Source: Candidatus Bruticola sp.
Lineage (GTDB): Bacteria > Vulcanimicrobiota > Xenobia > Xenobiales > Xenobiaceae
Reading direction: 5' to 3'
NCBI GenBank assembly: GCA_051874735.1
Contig: JBJEGD010000006.1
Location: 52,647-70,397, forward strand
DNA: 17,751 nucleotides
Positions within the stretch are counted from its first letter, which is position 1, and each line of letters begins with the position of its first letter. The translations under genes and the position numbers were made by a program. A model generated the notes under the pieces. The model saw only the letters and a program-made list of their open reading frames with translations, did not search any database and was not told the DNA's origin. Below, piece after piece: positions 8,247-16,284 of this stretch.

Positions 8247-9584
8247 ATGTTCGAATCTCTTTCCGAGCGTCTGAACGACATTTTTAAGAAAATATCAGGC
8301 CGCGGCAAACTGACTGAAGACGACGTAAACGAAGCTCTCCGAGAAGTGCGCCGTGCCCTTCTAGAAGCTGACGTCAGCCTTTCGGTGGTTAAAGAGTTTA
8401 TTTCCCACATTCGCGAACGTGCCGTGGGTGAAGAGCTCATTAAGAGCATGACTCCCGGCCAGCAAGTGATCAGATATGTGCGCGATGAGCTAGTTTCTCT
8501 TATGGGAAGCGAAACGGCCAAACTCACTTTTGCAGCTAAAGCGCCTACCGTTTTTATGGTTTGCGGTTTAAATGGTGCGGGTAAAACCACCAGTGCAGCT
8601 AAGTTAGCTTCTTATTTGAGAGGCTCCGGTCATCATCCCCTTCTGGCAGCTACTGACGTCTACCGCCCGGCAGCTATTCAGCAGCTGGAAGTTTTAGCTA
8701 AACAGATCGGCGTTCCAGTCTTTAAACTGGAAGGCTGTCAAGATCCGGTGGAAATTACCTCTCAGGCTGTAGCTCAGGCCAAGAGCTTAGGACGCGACGT
8801 AGTAATCATTGATACTGCCGGCCGTCTAAATATCGACAGCGAGCTCATGGAAGAGCTGAAAAAGCAGCGCGACGCCGTATCTCCACACGAGATTATTTTG
8901 GTTGTTGATGCTATGACCGGCCAAGACGCCGTCAATGTAGCCCGCGACTTCAACGAACTGTTGGGTATTACGGGCGTTATTATGACGAAACTCGACGGCG
9001 ACGCCCGTGGTGGTGCAGCTATCTCTGTGCGCAAAGTTACCGGTGCTCCCATTAAGTTTGTAGGTACCAGTGAACGACTCAGCGGCTTAGAGCCTTTCCA
9101 CCCCGATCGTATGGCGGGACGCATTTTAGGCATGGGCGATGTGCTCAGCTTAATTGAAAAAGCGGAGCAGACTCTCGATAAAGAGAAGGCTCAAGAGCTT
9201 TCCGAACGTCTTAAGCAGAATAAGTTTGATCTTAACGATTTGCTCGATCAAATGCAGCAGATCCGCCGCATGGGTCCTATCAAGGACATTATTAAAATGC
9301 TCCCTGGAGTGGGTCGAGCTCTCGATGACATTCCCATAGGCGAGAAAGAGATCAGGCGAGTTGAGTCTATTATTCTCTCTATGACTCCCAAAGAGAGGCG
9401 CAATCCAGAGATTTTAGATGCTTCGCGCAAAAGGCGCATTGCTAAAGGTTCGGGCAGCGATGTATCAGCAGTAAACGCCATACTTAAACAGTACGGAGAG
9501 CTGCGCAAATTTATGAAGAGCATAGGCGGCTTAGCCAGAAGCAAGAAAGGCAGGAAGCAAGGATTCTTCCGATTACCCTTCTAG
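8247..9584 (+). CDS. ffh: Signal recognition particle protein Ffh
   Basis: MFESLSERL N-terminus, GLNGAGKTT, DTAGR, TKLDGDARGGAA, FHPDRMAGRILGMGD, M-domain SRKRRIAKGSG. Confidence 0.98.
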   Translation: MFESLSERLNDIFKKISGRGKLTEDDVNEALREVRRALLEADVSLSVVKEFISHIRERAVGEELIKSMTPGQQVIRYVRDELVSLMGSETAKLTFAAKAPTVFMVCGLNGAGKTTSAAKLASYLRGSGHHPLLAATDVYRPAAIQQLEVLAKQIGVPVFKLEGCQDPVEITSQAVAQAKSLGRDVVIIDTAGRLNIDSELMEELKKQRDAVSPHEIILVVDAMTGQDAVNVARDFNELLGITGVIMTKLDGDARGGAAISVRKVTGAPIKFVGTSERLSGLEPFHPDRMAGRILGMGDVLSLIEKAEQTLDKEKAQELSERLKQNKFDLNDLLDQMQQIRRMGPIKDIIKMLPGVGRALDDIPIGEKEIRRVESIILSMTPKERRNPEILDASRKRRIAKGSGSDVSAVNAILKQYGELRKFMKSIGGLARSKKGRKQGFFRLPF

Positions 9585-9818
9585 CGTTTTCTTAAACAGT
9601 GGCTTTAAAGAGTGGCCTTGTCAATACAAGTTTTGGCGCTCCGAATATAGCGCCTCATATGGCTGTCGAAACCATCTTTTAGTTAAAAAGAAACTTCGGC
9701 GGGCTTAAGCGCGAGATAATCGCCTAGCACAGACTCTTGACTTCCGCCGGGAGAGTGCTGAAATAATTTTTATAAAAATTGCTAATAGCAGATAATCACC
9801 ACAGGAGGCACCCCATCA

Positions 9819-10136
9819 ATGGTACGCATTAGACTTCGTAGAGTAGGACGCAAGAAACAGGCCAGTTATAGAATAGTAGCTGCCGATGCCAGAAGTCCCC
9901 GCGACGGTCGTTTCATTGAGATTCTTGGGCACTACAACCCTCGCACCAATCCCCCCACAGTCGTTATGAAATCCGATCGCGTTAAAGCGTGGCTCTCTAA
10001 CGGCGCTCAGCCTACTGACTCCGTCCGCACCATGCTGGTCAGCAATGGTTTGTGGAAAGAGTTCTACGGCACCGATTATGTCTATCCTGCTCCTAAAGCC
10101 AAAGAGGTGGGAGAAGAAGCTGCTCCCGAGGCCTAG
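9819..10136 (+). CDS. rpsP: 30S ribosomal protein S16 with short C-terminal extension
   Basis: MVRIRLRRVGRKKQASYRIVAADARSPRDGRFIEILGHYNP..WLSNGAQPTDSV; AGGAGG RBS at 9803-9808. Confidence 0.98.
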   Translation: MVRIRLRRVGRKKQASYRIVAADARSPRDGRFIEILGHYNPRTNPPTVVMKSDRVKAWLSNGAQPTDSVRTMLVSNGLWKEFYGTDYVYPAPKAKEVGEEAAPEA

Positions 10137-10196
10137 TATCTTCTCTGCTCTTTCTACCGCAAGGCAGGAGTTTTAGTAAAAGAGAGGAGAGTCGCC

Positions 10197-10424
10197 ATGA
10201 AAGGCTTGCTGGAGTATCTGGCCCGCCAGCTCGTAGACTTTCCCGATCAGGTTGAAGTCCGTGAACTTCAAGGAGAGCGTTCAACTATATTAGAGTTGAG
10301 AGTAGCACCTGAAGATATGGGCAAAGTGATAGGTCGGCAGGGTAAAACTGCTCAGGCGATCCGTACGCTCGTTAAAGCAGCCGGAACGCGCGAAGGCAAA
10401 CGGGTTATGGTGGAAATAATCTAG
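10197..10424 (+). CDS. khpA: KH-domain RNA-binding protein KhpA (YlqC)
   Basis: LVDFPDQV..DMGKVIGRQGKTAQAIRT; canonical position after rpsP; GAGGAG RBS. Confidence 0.95.
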   Translation: MKGLLEYLARQLVDFPDQVEVRELQGERSTILELRVAPEDMGKVIGRQGKTAQAIRTLVKAAGTREGKRVMVEII

Positions 10425-10427
10425 TTG

Positions 10428-10478
10428 ATAAAACCGGTGCCATGCTTATTGTAGACGCCGGTTTTATTTTTTATTTTT
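10428..10478 (+). terminator. Intrinsic terminator-like hairpin after khpA
   Basis: ATAAAACCGGTG (10428-10439) pairs with CGCCGGTTTTAT (10456-10467), followed by a T-rich tract. Confidence 0.7.
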
Positions 10479-10496
10479 AAGACAACAAGGTTGACT

Positions 10497-11036
10497 ATGC
10501 AAAAACAGCAGAACAACGATTATAAGCCCCAAGATTTTGTGGCTATCGCCTCTGTTTTGACATCTTTCGGAGTGCGCGGCGAAATAAAAGCTCGCATTCT
10601 GACCGATTTTCCTGAACGCTTTAAAAAAACCAAAGAAGTTTATTTAGTAGCTCCAAACGGTGAATATAGCCGTCATACGCTGCAAAGTTCACGTTTTCAC
10701 CAGGGATACGTGCTCCTAAAACTTAGCGGCATTGACGCCCCAGAGATGGTGGCTCCTTATCGCGGCTGGTCTATCAGCGTAACTCCAGATCAACTGGTTC
10801 CCTTAGAAGAGGGAGAGTATTGGCACTTTCAGCTGAAAGGTTTGAAAGTTATCGATCAACACAATGTTTGCCGAGGGAGAGTATTCGACATTTACTCATA
10901 CCCTGGCTGCGACCAATACGCTGTACGCGACAATTTAGGCCATGAGCTGATGGTGCCTGCAGTAGAGCGGTTTATCAAAAAGGTAGACCTGGAGAACGGC
11001 TGCCTCTGGGTTGAACTACCTGAAGAGGAAGCCTAA
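10497..11036 (+). CDS. rimM: Ribosome maturation factor RimM (alternative start TTG 10491)
   Basis: FGVRGEIK..TDFPERF, LEEGEYWHFQLKGLKV, PRC-barrel ELMVPAVERFIKKVD; canonical position before trmD. Confidence 0.95.
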   Translation: MQKQQNNDYKPQDFVAIASVLTSFGVRGEIKARILTDFPERFKKTKEVYLVAPNGEYSRHTLQSSRFHQGYVLLKLSGIDAPEMVAPYRGWSISVTPDQLVPLEEGEYWHFQLKGLKVIDQHNVCRGRVFDIYSYPGCDQYAVRDNLGHELMVPAVERFIKKVDLENGCLWVELPEEEA

Positions 11037-11768
11037 ATGCGTCTAGACATAATAACTCTGTTTCCGGAAATGTTTGCTCCTCTATACACGAGCATCCCAG
11101 CTCGGGCTCAAAAGCGCGGTTTAGTTGAGCTGAAATTAGTAGATTTGCGGGCTTATGGCGTAGGGCGCCACCTACAAACAGACGATGTCCCCTACGGTGG
11201 AGGCAGCGGCATGGTTATGCAGCCGGAGCCTTTGGGACAGGCCATTGAAAATATTCCTAAACAGGGTGCGTCGCCCCACATTATCTACCTTTCTCCTCAA
11301 GGGCAGCGGTTAACGCAGAAAAAAGTAGAAACTCTTACCTATTCATACAGCCATCTGATTATGATCTGCGGCCATTATGAAGGTATCGATGAGCGTATAC
11401 TTCAAAGATATGTCGACGAAGAAGTTTCTTTGGGTGATTTTGTCATTTCCGGCGGCGAACTAGCTGCTATGGTGGTTGCCGATGCCGTTATCCGTCTTAT
11501 TCCCGGGGTTATCGATGATGAATCAGCTAAAAATGAGTCGTTCAGCACCGGCATTTTAGATTGTCCTTATTATACCCGCCCTCTAGATTACCGCGGTATG
11601 AGGGTACCCGAGGTCTTAACTAGCGGAGATCATAAGAAAATTGCTCAGTGGCGCCGACAGCAAGCCTTGCTCAGCACGGCTCGCAAGCGTCCCGACCTGC
11701 TGAAAAACCAAAATTTAACCCCCGAAGAGCGCGCTTTTCTGGCCGATTTTGGTTTTACTCAGCCTTAA
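11037..11768 (+). CDS. trmD: tRNA (guanine37-N1)-methyltransferase TrmD
   Basis: MRLDIITLFPEMF, DDVPYGGGSGMVM, CGHYEGIDER, SLGDFVISGGE, YTRP, VPEVLTSGDH. Confidence 0.98.
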   Translation: MRLDIITLFPEMFAPLYTSIPARAQKRGLVELKLVDLRAYGVGRHLQTDDVPYGGGSGMVMQPEPLGQAIENIPKQGASPHIIYLSPQGQRLTQKKVETLTYSYSHLIMICGHYEGIDERILQRYVDEEVSLGDFVISGGELAAMVVADAVIRLIPGVIDDESAKNESFSTGILDCPYYTRPLDYRGMRVPEVLTSGDHKKIAQWRRQQALLSTARKRPDLLKNQNLTPEERAFLADFGFTQP

Positions 11769-11935
11769 ATTATCATAAGAACTCTGTCAAATTACACTTG
11801 GCTTTTGTTCTTAACCGCAAATTTTCCGGCCTTAATTTAGGAAAGTTTTATAATTAGGAGCTCAGCAAAATCATCTTTTCCTGCAGCTCCGCTCTGCTGC
11901 CGCGGCAGTTTTCCTGCCGACGAGGGGCTTTACCC

Positions 11936-11964
11936 TTGCTTTTTTATATACTGTTTGCTAAAAT
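11936..11964 (+). promoter_or_regulatory. sigma70/sigmaA promoter with extended -10 upstream of the structured rplS leader
   Basis: TTGCTT (11936-11941), 17 nt spacer, TAAAAT (11959-11964), with TG at 11956-11957. The predicted start near 11970-11971 coincides with the start of a long hairpin. Confidence 0.75.
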
Positions 11965-12077
11965 GTTTTAGCCTTGCCTTGAGCTGCCCGTTAGAGCCGA
12001 TAAGAGTCGCTTACGTAAGGGCGGTTTGAGCATGGCAGAACGCAAGTTAGTCAGCGTTGAACCCGCTCGGCGAGAGT

Positions 12078-12199
12078 TACCGTAAAGCACACGGGAATCT
12101 GCGCTTGAGGAGAGCGGCAGCCCGCTTCCTACCATAAAAAGTAAGGGACGCCGTTCGTTGAGCCGAGAATCCCCAGGTTTTAGCCGTGGGGAGTTTCAA
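12078..12199 (+). ncRNA. Orphan IS200/IS605 (TnpB-type) right-end / omegaRNA scaffold
   Basis: TACCGTAAAGCACACGGGAATCTGCGCTTGAGGAGAG...TCGTTGAGCCGAGAATCCCCAGGTTTTAGCCGTGGGGAGTTTCAA follows, from recall, the layout of tnpB-associated right ends. It has the TCCCCA-GGT-TTTA-GCC-G-TGGGGA hairpin and a terminal TCAA. No tnpA or tnpB ORF is nearby. Confidence 0.75.
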
Positions 12200-12273
12200 T
12201 TGTGAGCAGGCTACAGCCAACAGGGAAAGTCCCCCAGAGGCAAGCAAGATTCGTTTAAAGAAGGATATCCACC

Positions 12274-12624
12274 ATGGATCTGATCAAAAGTATTGAGCGC
12301 GAGCAAATGAAAGAAAATTTCCCCAGCTTTGGCCCTGGCGACACCGTAAAGGCTTGGCTGAAAGTTATCGAAGGCGGCAAAGAGCGCTCCCAGGCTTTCG
12401 AGGGCGTTTGCATTAAGAGAGGCAATTCCGGCCTTAAAGAGAGTTTCACACTCCGCAAAATTTCCGGCGGTGTGGGTGTAGAAAGAACTATTTTAGTTCA
12501 CAGCCCTCGCTTAGACAAAGTTGAAGTTATTCGTCACGGCGCCGTACGTCGCGCTCGTCTCTTCTACCTCCGCGACCTCGTTGGTAAGAAAGCTCGCGTA
12601 AAAGAGAGACGCGTAAACCGCTAA
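12274..12624 (+). CDS. rplS: 50S ribosomal protein L19
   Basis: [52 protein letters not shown]. Confidence 0.98.
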   Translation: MDLIKSIEREQMKENFPSFGPGDTVKAWLKVIEGGKERSQAFEGVCIKRGNSGLKESFTLRKISGGVGVERTILVHSPRLDKVEVIRHGAVRRARLFYLRDLVGKKARVKERRVNR

Positions 12625-12669
12625 TTCCGCTTTTTGTTACAGTAGGAATTGTCGATTTTTGCAGATACC

Positions 12670-12720
12670 ATACCGCAGAGAGTAGAGTGGCTTTGCCACC
12701 TTTCGCTGCGGTATTTTTTT
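12670..12720 (+). terminator. Intrinsic terminator after rplS
   Basis: ATACCGCAG (12670-12678) pairs with CTGCGGTAT (12706-12714), with an inner GTGGC-TTT-GCCAC hairpin, followed by a T run. Confidence 0.8.
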
Positions 12721-12842
12721 GTGAGGCGAAAGCAATACGCTCAGCCCAATATTCTCCCTATTATTAATTCTGCAGGGCTCTTGAAGACAGACACGCAATT
12801 CCATTCCTACCTCTAGTCCAGCAGGGAAAAAAGGTTTTCCGA

Positions 12843-13448
12843 ATGAGAGAAGAGCTATTAATCGTTATAATCTATATTCTAGTATTGCTGAGAATTGGCG
12901 TTTTTGTCTTTAGAAAACGCCTCTCCGTCGTTTGGAAGAACATCCTCAAAGAGTATCTCGATTCATTTATTGTAGCTGGTATAGTAGCCATCGTCCTTAT
13001 CACCTACATAGTGCGCAGCTTTTATATTCCTTCGGAATCGATGGTACCAACTTTAAAAGTTAATGACTACATTTTAGTTAATCGCTTTATTTACCAAATG
13101 GCTAAGCCCTCTCGAGGAGAAATTATCGTCTTCCATCCTCCGCACGTAGAGAATCCTGAAGAAACCGATTTTATTAAACGTGTAGTAGCTGTAGAAAACG
13201 ATGTTGTGGAAGTTGCCGGAGGCGTCTTGTACTTAAACGGCTTGCCTCAAGATGAACCGTTTATTAAAGAAAGAATTGAAGCCGATTTCCCAGCTTATAG
13301 AGTTCCTAAAGATCATGTCTTCGTTATGGGCGACAACCGCAATAATTCCGATGACTCACGCTACTGGGGCCCACTGCCTTTAAAGAATGTGGTAGGAAAA
13401 GCTTTTATTATTTTCTGGCCGATCTCGCGCCAAGGCATACTCAAATAA
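12843..13448 (+). CDS. lepB: Signal peptidase I
   Basis: Two N-terminal TM segments, IPSESMVPTL (catalytic Ser), FIKRVV (catalytic Lys), MGDNRNNSDDSRYWG. Confidence 0.96.
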   Translation: MREELLIVIIYILVLLRIGVFVFRKRLSVVWKNILKEYLDSFIVAGIVAIVLITYIVRSFYIPSESMVPTLKVNDYILVNRFIYQMAKPSRGEIIVFHPPHVENPEETDFIKRVVAVENDVVEVAGGVLYLNGLPQDEPFIKERIEADFPAYRVPKDHVFVMGDNRNNSDDSRYWGPLPLKNVVGKAFIIFWPISRQGILK

Positions 13449-13482
13449 AAAAAAGCTCGTTTTTTAAGAAAGGATCGCTTTT

Positions 13483-14394
13483 ATGGACGCCAACGCTCCT
13501 CAGCAGAAACAGAAAGGTTTTTCTTGGTTTCCCGGACACATGCGCAAAGCACTGCGCCAGTTGGAAGAGAGCTTAAATTTAGCAGATATAGTACTGCTAG
13601 TTATGGACGCACGCATTCCTGCAGCCTCCAGACAGCCCGATTTAGAGGAGCTTCTACAACGCAAAAACAAAGAATTAATATTTGTTTTAAATAAAACTGA
13701 TCTGGCCGAAGAGGCAGAAACAAAAAAGTGGCTGGAGTGGTTCAAAGCCCATAATTTAGCAGCAGTAGCTATGCGTTCTACAGCAGGCAAAGGAGCGGGC
13801 CCCTTAGAGGGGGCTATTCAAAGACTGCGCCGCCAGGTAGAATCCAAACGATCGGCCAAAGGCATGCGACCTCGCGACCCTCGTTTAGTAGTGGCTGGTA
13901 TTCCCAATGTAGGCAAATCTTCTTTACTAAACAGATTAGCTGGAGCCAATCGAGCTAAAACAGGAGCCAAACCGGGCGTCACTAGGGGCAGCCAGTGGGT
14001 CGCCGTGCCTAACTATTGGCAAATTCTCGATTCGCCCGGCATTCTCTATCCGCGCATAGATACAGCTGAAACTTTGACTGCTCTGGCTGCAGCCAGCTGT
14101 GTGCGCCACGATGCTATTCCTTTGGAGATGGTCGGCGGCTTGCTCTTAGAACGGCTATGGCGTAAAGGCAAGATAAAAAATGTGGTCCCCACTTCCCTAG
14201 CCCAAAGCTGGCAAACTGCAGATTGTCCTTTAATTCCGGAACAAATGCTCGATGAACTAGCACGGAGTAAAAACTTCTTTATTAATGCGAACGAAGCCGA
14301 TCTCCCCCGCTGCGCGCGCTTTGTACTTAAAGCCTTTGCCCAAGGAGATATAGGACCGATTACTTTAGAGTCAGCTCCTTCTTTAGAAAGCTAA
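13483..14394 (+). CDS. rbgA: Ribosome biogenesis GTPase RbgA/YlqF
   Basis: WFPGHMRKA, DARIP, NKTD, GIPNVGKSS, PGVT, DSPG in the circularly permuted GTPase order. Confidence 0.96.
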   Translation: MDANAPQQKQKGFSWFPGHMRKALRQLEESLNLADIVLLVMDARIPAASRQPDLEELLQRKNKELIFVLNKTDLAEEAETKKWLEWFKAHNLAAVAMRSTAGKGAGPLEGAIQRLRRQVESKRSAKGMRPRDPRLVVAGIPNVGKSSLLNRLAGANRAKTGAKPGVTRGSQWVAVPNYWQILDSPGILYPRIDTAETLTALAAASCVRHDAIPLEMVGGLLLERLWRKGKIKNVVPTSLAQSWQTADCPLIPEQMLDELARSKNFFINANEADLPRCARFVLKAFAQGDIGPITLESAPSLES

Positions 14395-15188
14395 TGGCCA
14401 ATCCTTCTTTACATAAAGTGCTGCAAACTCTGCCTCCCGGATGCACTTACGCAGAGAGCCTGACAATAATGCCTCAGGCCGCCTCCTGGCTAGAAAAAGA
14501 AAAAACGAGGCTAGAGTCCATGTATACTTTCCAGGAAAGTTTATGGAAAAGTGAAGGCGCAGCAGGCTGCGACGAAGTGGGACGCGGTCCTTTAGCAGGC
14601 CCTTTAGTAGCAGCCGCAGTAATACTACCTCCTTACACTTGGATACCAGGCCTAAACGATTCTAAAAAACTCAGCGAAGAAGTTCGCGAACTGCTCGTGC
14701 CCTGGATAAAAAAGCTATCTATTTGGCATGTACAGGAAGTATCTGTCGCTGAATTAGATAGACTCAATAACATGAACACCTCCTCTTTACAGGCTATGCG
14801 CTCCGCTTTAGATCAACTCGGCCAGGAAGCTAAATTTGTCTTTGTAGACGGGCGTTCCCCTATTCCTGAATGTCCCCTTCCGCAGGTGGCCGTCATCAAA
14901 GGGGATGGACGCATTCCATCTATAGCCGCCGCCTCTATTTTAGCCAAAGTTTATCGAGACAATTTGCTCAATCTAGCCCACCAGAAATGGCCTCACTATC
15001 AATTCCAAGATAATAAAGGTTACGGTACCGCCGCTCATATGGAAGCTTTACAGCGCTTTGGACCTTGTCCCTATCACCGGCGCAGCTTCGCCCCTATTCG
15101 TAAGTTCTCAAATAAAGATTCTGAAAAACTAAAATCGAACCAGACACTCAATTATAAAGTGATAATGGAACAGTCCGTTCTATTTTAA
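14394..15188 (+). CDS. rnhB: Ribonuclease HII
   Basis: AGCDEVGRGPLAGP, LNDSKKL, FVDG, KGDGRIPSIAAASILAKV, NKGYGT, HRRSF; overlaps the rbgA stop (TAATG). Confidence 0.96.
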   Translation: MANPSLHKVLQTLPPGCTYAESLTIMPQAASWLEKEKTRLESMYTFQESLWKSEGAAGCDEVGRGPLAGPLVAAAVILPPYTWIPGLNDSKKLSEEVRELLVPWIKKLSIWHVQEVSVAELDRLNNMNTSSLQAMRSALDQLGQEAKFVFVDGRSPIPECPLPQVAVIKGDGRIPSIAAASILAKVYRDNLLNLAHQKWPHYQFQDNKGYGTAAHMEALQRFGPCPYHRRSFAPIRKFSNKDSEKLKSNQTLNYKVIMEQSVLF

Positions 15189-15211
15189 CGTATATATCGC
15201 GACTATTTTCC

Positions 15212-15240
15212 TTCACAAGGTCTGCCAGCTGTGTTATAAT
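15212..15240 (+). promoter_or_regulatory. sigma70/sigmaA promoter with extended -10 upstream of the recombinase gene
   Basis: TTCACA (15212-15217), 17 nt spacer, TATAAT (15235-15240), with TG at 15232-15233. Confidence 0.7.
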
Positions 15241-15279
15241 TTTATGATTTTTATGGTTGTAAAGTGAGGGTTTGCCGAT

Positions 15280-16242
15280 ATGACTTACCAATCTGACAAC
15301 TCCCCAGAGCGTTCCGAATCAGCTCAGGTTAAATTAGAAAAAGCCCGCAACTGGTACATAGATGACTTTGTGCGTTACATTACTGTAGAGCGAAATTTAG
15401 CTAAACGCACCGTTATTGAATACCGTGAAGATCTACTTATATTTCTTAATTACTTTCAGCCTCTTTTTGAAGATGGCTTAACTTTAGGCCGTGTTGATAT
15501 AAGAACTATAAGTGATTTTTTAGCTTATTTGAAGCTTGAGCACAATTACGAAGCTTCTAGTTTAAACCGCAAAATTGCCTGTTTAAAAAGTTACTTCCGC
15601 TTTTTAGAACTTTACGGCTATATTTCCGATTCTCCCATGGATAAGTTCAAAAGCGTCAAAGAAGGGCGCGTTTTGCCCAAAGTTCTCAGTCAGGAAGAGG
15701 TTGGCAAAATTTTAGCTTACGCTCATACCCAATCAGATCCGGGTGGAAACTGGAAAGCATATCGCAACACGGCTATTTTGGAGTTATTTTACTCTACAGG
15801 TATGCGCTTAGCCGAGTTAACTAGTTTAAATTTATCGGATCTTAATTTTGATGATTACTCTATACGAGTTACAGGCAAAGGCAGCAAGCAGCGTATTGTG
15901 TTTATGAACCAAAGCACAGTAAGCTCTCTACAGGCTTATTTAGCGGCGCGCCCCAACACAAAAGATCCGGCAGTTTTTCTCAACAGATTCTACAGCCGAC
16001 TGTCTCGCCGCGGTGTAGAAATTCTTTTTGACAAATTAAAAGAAGAAGCTGGAGTATTCAAAGACGCTTCACCTCACACTATGCGCCATTCTTTTGCGAC
16101 CCATTTACTAGAAGGCGGAGCCGATTTAGTAACTATCAAAGAGTTGTTGGGTCACGCTACCCTCTCTACCACACAGATTTACACTAATCTATCCAGAACA
16201 ACTATGCGCGGAGTTTACGACGAAAGCCACCCACGCCAGTAA
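15280..16242 (+). CDS. XerC/XerD-family tyrosine recombinase
   Basis: SAM-like N-domain, LPKVL, YSTGMRLAEL (R), GKGSKQR (K), SPHTMRHSFATHLLEGGADL (HxxR), LGH, TTQIYT (Y). I cannot choose XerC versus XerD by eye. Confidence 0.93.
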   Translation: MTYQSDNSPERSESAQVKLEKARNWYIDDFVRYITVERNLAKRTVIEYREDLLIFLNYFQPLFEDGLTLGRVDIRTISDFLAYLKLEHNYEASSLNRKIACLKSYFRFLELYGYISDSPMDKFKSVKEGRVLPKVLSQEEVGKILAYAHTQSDPGGNWKAYRNTAILELFYSTGMRLAELTSLNLSDLNFDDYSIRVTGKGSKQRIVFMNQSTVSSLQAYLAARPNTKDPAVFLNRFYSRLSRRGVEILFDKLKEEAGVFKDASPHTMRHSFATHLLEGGADLVTIKELLGHATLSTTQIYTNLSRTTMRGVYDESHPRQ

Positions 16243-16284
16243 GAAAACGATAAAAATAGAGTTCCGCATTTTTCAGGTGAAGTT

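Noticed and set aside
12198-12207. AATTGTGAGC, identical to a lac operator half-site
   Set aside because: There is no symmetric second half and no lac context; likely chance.
12222-12232. GGGAAAGTCC resembling the RNase P RNA GAGGAAAGUCC motif
   Set aside because: It lies only ~40 nt before rplS, has no complementary P4 partner strand, and is explained by a local GGGA/TCCC hairpin.
11971-12246. 6S RNA call (short words GAGCCGATA, TTGAACC and TACAGCC recall E. coli 6S)
   Set aside because: The matches are short and I could not build a convincing rod with a central bubble by eye. It needs an Rfam scan.
15280-16242. Recombinase as a prophage, integron or island integrase
   Set aside because: Size and motifs are Xer-like, and no att repeats, tRNA, cassettes or mobile genes are visible nearby.
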